From Bdellovibrionales bacterium (GTDB lineage: Bacteria; Bdellovibrionota; Bdellovibrionia; Bdellovibrionales; JAGQZY01): a stretch of DNA of 64,000 nt. Positions 58,129 through 64,000 of the stretch are shown piece after piece (the stretch's first letter is position 1; every line of letters begins with the position of its first letter). The stretch is from NCBI GenBank assembly GCA_964230645.1, contig CAXRHT010000001.1:288001-352000 (forward strand). Reading direction: 5' to 3'. Under the pieces are notes generated by a model. That model saw only the letters and a list, made by a program, of their open reading frames with translations, did no database searches and was not told the DNA's origin. The position numbers and the translations under genes are program-made.

Positions 58129-59559
58129 TTGTCGTTAACCAGGCATCTTTACATTGCTATCGCCATTTTACTTTTTTCGGGCAGCACCTGGTCCGCATCT
58201 TTCACCCTCCCCTTTGAGTCCTTTCTCTCAAGCTATCTTTCAAAAAGCTCTGAAATTTTAAGTGCCAGAAGACAACTCTACTCCGCTCGAGAAAACCGGG
58301 TGGCCGCGCGCGACCAGTGGCAGTCTCGATTAACCGCCACTCCCCAGCTAAGCTTTGAGACTCAAAAATTCGACTCAAGCCTTAGAGATGACAACTCTAA
58401 CCGCACCACCAACATCACTGGGCAGTTAGTGCAAGGCACTCCCACCGGAACTGAAATTCAGGTCAACGCCCAAAAATACTTGGAAACCCAGAATCCCCTT
58501 TTTTCTACCCTTGATCGCAGCTACTCTGCCAAGATTACTCAAGATTTATTTCGAAATGCTTTTGGTGCCACACAAAGATCCGTGAGGAAGAAAGCAAAAA
58601 TTGACTTTAACGTGGCCGAGCTTGAATACCGCCAATCTATGGTCAACACCTGTGAGAACGCCTTCACCCTCTACGCTGAAACCTACATCCAACAGGAAAT
58701 CACCGAGCTTCTCATCTCTCAACTTAAAGACGCAAAAAGAGCCCTCAAAGTTTCCAAAGATCTTTATCGCGATCGACTTATTAATAAAATTGACAAGCTG
58801 ACCTCTGAAAACGACTTTATCGACACCGAACTACAAGTCGAACAAGCGAAACAAAAGCTTCTTAATAGCAAGCTTCAGATTCAAGCTTTTCTTGAGGATC
58901 AACAGAGCCTTGAGTACCGACTGAAAGACCCCTCTTACTATGTGCTCAATAAAGAGATGAATCTTGATAACGAGACCATCAGCGAAATAATTTTACAAAA
59001 ACGAGTCAATAGTCAGGAACTGGACGTGGACAGAGCCAGGTGGGATCGACGCACCGATGTGAAATTGGGCTTTGAAGTGGGTGAGCGTTTTGGACGACTG
59101 GCTTTCAATGGTCCCCTTCTTAATTACAACGAAGAGTACCTACGTGCCAGTGTGGAATTTGGGTTTGATCTTATTAACAACACCGAAGACGCTGATTTAA
59201 AAAATGCTATCGATCAAAGAAACTCTCTTTCAAAAGAGAACCAAGTTCTTGCTAAAACTCAAAGGAGTAAAGTGGCTGGACTTGTGGCCTTAAACGATCT
59301 TTTAAAATCGCAAGTGGCTGCAAGCCAAAACCAGGTCAAGATTCTTAAGGAAAAAATGGACATAGCATTTGAACGCATGGAAAGAGCGCAAATGGATTTT
59401 CAAAATTATCTGCTCCATCGCAACGCCTACCTCAACCAAAAAAGAAATTACCTGCAATTGAAAAAAGATCTGTGGCTCAATCAATTCGCTATTCAAAAAG
59501 AATTTGCCCATAATATGCCAAAACTCTGTGAAGCTCCCGTGGCACAAAAGAGTACTTAA
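58129..59559 (+). CDS. TolC-family outer-membrane efflux protein
   Basis: Signal peptide and TolC-like helix/strand alternation (ITQDLFRNAFG); lies directly upstream of the RND gene. Confidence 0.75.
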   Translation: MSLTRHLYIAIAILLFSGSTWSASFTLPFESFLSSYLSKSSEILSARRQLYSARENRVAARDQWQSRLTATPQLSFETQKFDSSLRDDNSNRTTNITGQLVQGTPTGTEIQVNAQKYLETQNPLFSTLDRSYSAKITQDLFRNAFGATQRSVRKKAKIDFNVAELEYRQSMVNTCENAFTLYAETYIQQEITELLISQLKDAKRALKVSKDLYRDRLINKIDKLTSENDFIDTELQVEQAKQKLLNSKLQIQAFLEDQQSLEYRLKDPSYYVLNKEMNLDNETISEIILQKRVNSQELDVDRARWDRRTDVKLGFEVGERFGRLAFNGPLLNYNEEYLRASVEFGFDLINNTEDADLKNAIDQRNSLSKENQVLAKTQRSKVAGLVALNDLLKSQVAASQNQVKILKEKMDIAFERMERAQMDFQNYLLHRNAYLNQKRNYLQLKKDLWLNQFAIQKEFAHNMPKLCEAPVAQKST

Positions 59560-59574
59560 CGGAAAGGTTCTACA

Positions 59575-62500
59575 ATGAAATCAATCATTCAATATTTCGT
59601 GAACCGCTCTTTTGTGGTGAACCTTTTATCTGCTTTTATTATTTTTGCAGGTCTAGTCTTAGGCTCAATGATCAAACGTGACATGATTCCACCATTTGAG
59701 TGGAAGAGTGTTTCAGTATCCGTATCATTGCCAGGAGCTTCCGCCACAGAAGTCGAGAAGTATTTGGCCTACCCTATTGAAAATGCCTTGCAGGGGCTCC
59801 CACACTCCAAGGAAATCACCACACGCTCCACCTCTGGATCATTAAATATCCAGGTGTACTTTAATGCCGGTCACGACGAAATGGCCGAGTCGGTGGAACA
59901 AATTCGTAGCCGTATCCAAGCGATCAACTGGCAGCTCCCCTCGCAATCAAGAGATATCACAGTCTCTCAGAACAAAGTGGACTCTGTTTTCCACATGGGA
60001 ATTGCCCTTGAAAACTTCGATGCCACCAATCCGGAACACCGCTTACGAGTGAAGCGCCTGGCCGAGAAAATCCGTCAGGTTAAGGGGATGATTGACGTCA
60101 GTGAAGACATGAATAAACAGAATGTCTACATCGAAATTCATCCTGACAAATTAGCGCCCTTTGAAATCTCTGTGGCGGAAATCAGAACAAAAGTTCAAGA
60201 AAACCTTTCTTACTCCCCAATCGGTCAGGTCGATTTTGATGAGAAAACTTTTTCAGTGGAAATTCAGCGACCGGCAGAGGCTATTGAAGCCTTTAAGAAA
60301 ATGGCGATTCGAAGTAATAAAACCGGCAATGTTCTCTATTTGGAAGACGTTGCCGATATTCGCTTAAAAATTGATGACGTCAAAACTAGCCACCGTTTTA
60401 ACGGCAAACCTGTTATCAATCTCTACACTAGAAAAGATATTGAATCCGATGCCATCGCTCTAAAAGGGGAAGTGCAAAAAATCCTGGATGAGGCCAACAA
60501 AAACTATCCGGATGGGATGCAGGCCACCGTGTTTATTGATGCCCCTCAACTGATCGAGTCCCAACTGGAAACTCTTAAAAACAATGGTCTGGTGGGAATG
60601 CTCATTGTATTGGTTATTCTCACCCTCTTTTTTAACTGGAAGGTCTCACTTGTCACCTCGTTTGGAATTCCAATCGCATATTGCGGAACTCTGGTGGCTC
60701 TCTATTTCTTTGGTATCTCCATTGATATTATCTCAGTTGTGGGCATGATTCTGGTATTAGGGATACTGGTGGATGACGCGATCATCATCGCAGAACGATA
60801 TATTGAAAACCTTGAAGAGGGGCAAGAGCCCAAAGAAGCCGCCTATAACGCTAGCCAAGATTTAATGATCCCAGTGACAGGCACCGTACTCACCACCGTT
60901 TTTGCCTTCACGCCAATGGTTATGCTTGAAAGTGAAATTGCTAACGTTTTTTATGCGGTTCCCATTGTCATTATCGTATCATTGGCAATGAGTTGGCTTG
61001 AGTCTTTTTTCATTCTCCCCAATCATCTCCAACATTTTATAGAAAAGGCGCCTCACAAAAATGGCCACTCCTTTTTTGATAAAACCAAAGACATTTACAA
61101 AAAAGTAATGGGTCAGGTTTTACGCTTTCGTTATCTCGTGGTAGTTTTCCTCGTTGCTTTTTTCGCCGCTTCGGGGTGGGTTGCTAAGAATAAGATTCAA
61201 CAAGAATTTTGGTTCAATGTCTCAAGGGAAAGAATCGCTATAAAAGTCACTTTAAAAGACAATGTCTCATTGAAGTTTACCGAAAACGTTATCGCTCCCA
61301 TTGAAAAGTATTTACTCACACTTCCTAAAGATAAATTTCAATACGTTCAAACCGACATTGGAAGTATGTGGACACGAGGTAGACACTACGAGGGTTACCG
61401 CTATGCCAAAGTTATGCTTCATATTCACGAAGACATCACAAAACCAAGTCTTGTCAAAAAAGAGTACACCGAAAAACTGAAAAAGTATTTTGCCGAGTAT
61501 GAAAAAGAGCATCCCGAGATCGAAAAAATCGGAATTGGTTTTGAAATGAACGATCAGGACGACAAGAAAAAAGATATGGTTTCAATAGACGTTTCTGGAA
61601 ACGAGGATGTGGATTACCTGGAATTAAAACAAACCATTAGCGCCCAACTCAAAGAAGAGAACTTGAATCTTGAGATGGTTAAAGAGGTGAATGAATTTGA
61701 TGAAAAATGGGTCTTCACTCCTGATACCAATAAATTAGCCCGCTATAAAATGAGTCTTGGCAGCATCACTTCACAACTTCGCTCTTACTTCGTTCCCCAC
61801 GAACTCATGCAAATGCGACTGCAGGGGGAAGCGAAGTGGATCTACACTCAAGTGAAACGCGACAAGCCCATCACCCAAAAAGAGCTCGAAAAGCTTTCAG
61901 TCCTTAACAACATCGGACTAAGTGTGCCACTCACAAGACTCGGCAGTTGGTCGCGAAAAAAACAGTTAGGAAATATCCGTCACCAAGATGGTAAAAGGAT
62001 GTTTAGTTTTGACCTCGCCTACGAGCCCACCGAAGAGATGAATATCGTGAAGGCCAAAGAGGAAGGCCAAAAAGTGGCTGACACTCTCACCAAAAAATAC
62101 CCGACCTACACCGTCGAACTTCGCGATGCCGACAGAGCCGAGGCCAGTAGCCGAGCTTGGGCCTTGAAGGTGGCTTTACTTTGCATAGTTCTAGTTATGT
62201 TTACTCTTGCCCTAGTGTTAAGCTCAGTTTCACTTCCATTTTTGGTAGGTCTTCCCATTCCTTTTGGCTTAATGGGAATTGTCTGGGCTCTTTATCTTCA
62301 TGATATGAAAATGGGAATCATGTCTCTCATTGGACTTATTGGAACGGTGGGCGTTTCTGTGAACGACTCTCTGATCATGGTGGACCAAATTATGAAAAGA
62401 GGGCGCAAAGCCGGCGGCCTTGCTAGAGAACATATTATTGAGGGTGCCTCCAGCCGCTTAAGAGCCATTATCTTAACAACTGTCACCACTTTAGGGGGTG

Positions 62501-62841
62501 TCTTTCCAATGGCCTACGGTATTGGTGGTGAGTCGGGCTACACCCAACCTCTCGCTTTTTCTTTAGGCTGGGGACTTTTCTTTTCGACCTTTCTCACACT
62601 TTTTGCACTTCCCGCTTTTGTTGAGATACGAAGAGATTTTACGCGTCTGGGGGGCTGGATCAAAGATCGACTGAGACACCAACGGGTGCGAAGTGCTTCA
62701 GAATCATCTTCCACAAAATCCTCGAAAACAAAGGGTCCCCAAAAGACCAATCTCGCTGATGGAAGCTGGGAGGCTAGGGATATTAAGAAAACTAACAAGG
62801 AAGAGGGCATTGACCAGTCCCCTCCACCACCTCGGGTGTAA
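59575..62841 (+). CDS. RND efflux transporter permease subunit
   Basis: Motifs PGASATEVE, GILVDDAII, VSVNDS and RLRAIILTTVTT...PMA; about 1090 aa with 12 TM. Confidence 0.92.
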   Translation: MKSIIQYFVNRSFVVNLLSAFIIFAGLVLGSMIKRDMIPPFEWKSVSVSVSLPGASATEVEKYLAYPIENALQGLPHSKEITTRSTSGSLNIQVYFNAGHDEMAESVEQIRSRIQAINWQLPSQSRDITVSQNKVDSVFHMGIALENFDATNPEHRLRVKRLAEKIRQVKGMIDVSEDMNKQNVYIEIHPDKLAPFEISVAEIRTKVQENLSYSPIGQVDFDEKTFSVEIQRPAEAIEAFKKMAIRSNKTGNVLYLEDVADIRLKIDDVKTSHRFNGKPVINLYTRKDIESDAIALKGEVQKILDEANKNYPDGMQATVFIDAPQLIESQLETLKNNGLVGMLIVLVILTLFFNWKVSLVTSFGIPIAYCGTLVALYFFGISIDIISVVGMILVLGILVDDAIIIAERYIENLEEGQEPKEAAYNASQDLMIPVTGTVLTTVFAFTPMVMLESEIANVFYAVPIVIIVSLAMSWLESFFILPNHLQHFIEKAPHKNGHSFFDKTKDIYKKVMGQVLRFRYLVVVFLVAFFAASGWVAKNKIQQEFWFNVSRERIAIKVTLKDNVSLKFTENVIAPIEKYLLTLPKDKFQYVQTDIGSMWTRGRHYEGYRYAKVMLHIHEDITKPSLVKKEYTEKLKKYFAEYEKEHPEIEKIGIGFEMNDQDDKKKDMVSIDVSGNEDVDYLELKQTISAQLKEENLNLEMVKEVNEFDEKWVFTPDTNKLARYKMSLGSITSQLRSYFVPHELMQMRLQGEAKWIYTQVKRDKPITQKELEKLSVLNNIGLSVPLTRLGSWSRKKQLGNIRHQDGKRMFSFDLAYEPTEEMNIVKAKEEGQKVADTLTKKYPTYTVELRDADRAEASSRAWALKVALLCIVLVMFTLALVLSSVSLPFLVGLPIPFGLMGIVWALYLHDMKMGIMSLIGLIGTVGVSVNDSLIMVDQIMKRGRKAGGLAREHIIEGASSRLRAIILTTVTTLGGVFPMAYGIGGESGYTQPLAFSLGWGLFFSTFLTLFALPAFVEIRRDFTRLGGWIKDRLRHQRVRSASESSSTKSSKTKGPQKTNLADGSWEARDIKKTNKEEGIDQSPPPPRV

Positions 62842-62870
62842 AAAAAAAGCCGGTTTGAAACCGGCTTTTT
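62841..62870. terminator. Bidirectional intrinsic terminator
   Basis: A-run GCCGGTTT-g-AAACCGGC T5 between convergent genes. Confidence 0.8.
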
Positions 62871-62898
62871 AAGTTGGGGTCATAGGGTTCGTGTCTTG

Positions 62899-63360
62899 TT
62901 AGTTTATTTTGACACTTTCTATTTTGCGATAGTCTTTCATGTCGGTGATATATGAGCTTGAAAGTTCATTCTTCTGTTTTTCGCTTAAAGCTTTACCCGC
63001 AAGTTGAAAAACTTCATGCTCTTCTTCGTCCAAATGATGAGTCACCAATTCTTTGAGCTGCTTAGCTTTAGTAAGCCAAGCCGAATTGGACATATCTGTA
63101 TTTTCGAGTTCCTCAAGCTTGTCATCGATTTGCTCGTGCTCATGAACACTGTGACGGGCTTTTTCAATAGTAATATCATCTTCCATCAAGGGCCGATAAA
63201 ACCAACGCTCCTCATAGCGTGCATGGCCTTTTAAGTTATCTTTAAGTTCATTAAATATCTTCTTTCTTGTCTCACTCTTCCCGTCTGTCTCCACAAGATG
63301 GTCAAAAAGAGCTCTTTGAATATCGTGGTCTTTTCGTAGTTCTTCAAATATCTGAGTCAT
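62899..63360 (-). CDS. Hemerythrin HHE cation-binding domain protein
   Basis: Motifs L-x-x-DH, H-x-x-x-EE-x-x-FY, EHE and HHLDEEE-x-EVF. Confidence 0.85.
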   Translation of the reverse strand: MTQIFEELRKDHDIQRALFDHLVETDGKSETRKKIFNELKDNLKGHARYEERWFYRPLMEDDITIEKARHSVHEHEQIDDKLEELENTDMSNSAWLTKAKQLKELVTHHLDEEEHEVFQLAGKALSEKQKNELSSSYITDMKDYRKIESVKIN

Positions 63361-63496
63361 AATCTGTCTCCTAAGTTTGATTTCAATAGCGTTAGATTAG
63401 TCCTCTTGTTCAATTATTACTTGGTTTTCATTTATAAATGCTGTGAACAATTGATAACAAATTGACGAATGAGGCCGTCTCTACTAGACACAAGCC

Positions 63497-63697
63497 ATGG
63501 AAACCACTTCGATTCTCAGAATTTTTTGCCTTGTTGGTGCGCTCCTAGGCTTTCTAGGACTTTATATGATGCTTGGTATTTATGAAATCACTGGCTTCAC
63601 GGTCGTGGTGGCTCTACCTCTGATCCTTACTTTTCTTAGCTCCCTTTATCTTATCTACAGAGCCTTTAAGCCTTCGCAAAATAACCTAAGTAATTGA
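63497..63697 (+). CDS. Small 2-TM hypothetical membrane protein
   Basis: 66-aa ORF with two hydrophobic helices. Confidence 0.5.
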   Translation: METTSILRIFCLVGALLGFLGLYMMLGIYEITGFTVVVALPLILTFLSSLYLIYRAFKPSQNNLSN

Positions 63698-63723
63698 GGA
63701 ATTAGTAATACTTCTTCCCCATT

Positions 63724-63941
63724 GTCATCCTGACCAAAGGGAAGGATCTTTGCCGGTGACTATAATTTATAATGTGAATTTAGTTGCGATAGATTCTTCG
63801 CTTCGCTCAGAATGACAGGGCACTCAGAATGACAGGGCACTCAGAATGACCGTGCGCTCAAAATGACAATGGGGCAATGGGATCGTGGGAGTTGAAAATG
63901 CCATCACCCCATTTCGTCGTCCTGAGAGTAGCGAAGGACCT
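63724..63941. repeat. REP-like hairpin cluster 5
   Basis: Units at 63724-63749, 63791-63816 (inverted) and 63916-63941; 17-bp tandem AGGGCACTCAGAATGAC copies at 63817-63850. Confidence 0.88.
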
Positions 63942-64000
63942 ATTGCCGAGGACTATGACTTAGCTTTTCCTTGGCTTTTAAACCAGTGAATCAACTGCGG

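Overview
A gene-dense bacterial chromosomal segment. The gene types (many secreted and lipoprotein hypotheticals, PilZ, CPAF-like S41 protease, long-form TDO) suggest a Bdellovibrionota-like organism; this is an inference only. Contents in order: amino-acid catabolism genes (partial arginase/HutG-family gene, threonine aldolase, tryptophan 2,3-dioxygenase, KynB-like cyclase); a six-gene ECF sigma factor operon with a candidate AAC-N16-CGT promoter; bcp; an Rsm22-like methyltransferase; a LysM protein; a methylmalonyl-CoA mutase operon; greA, mgtE, a DHH phosphoesterase, gloB, MazG-like and CysQ-like genes; rpmG (missed by the ORF track); a Vibrio TonB2-style energiser operon beside three paralogous TonB-dependent receptors; RluA, S41 and M17 peptidases, a GT2, tyrS, infA; a TolC-RND pair with no adaptor gene; and a hemerythrin-domain gene. 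The most striking non-coding signal is five clusters of a 26-bp REP-like hairpin whose stems show compensatory base changes and which are flanked by locus-specific tandem arrays of truncated copies. There is also a 272-bp element bounded by 40-bp inverted repeats. I saw no tRNA, rRNA, CRISPR array, transposase or integrase. Product calls come from motif recognition by eye, not database searches.
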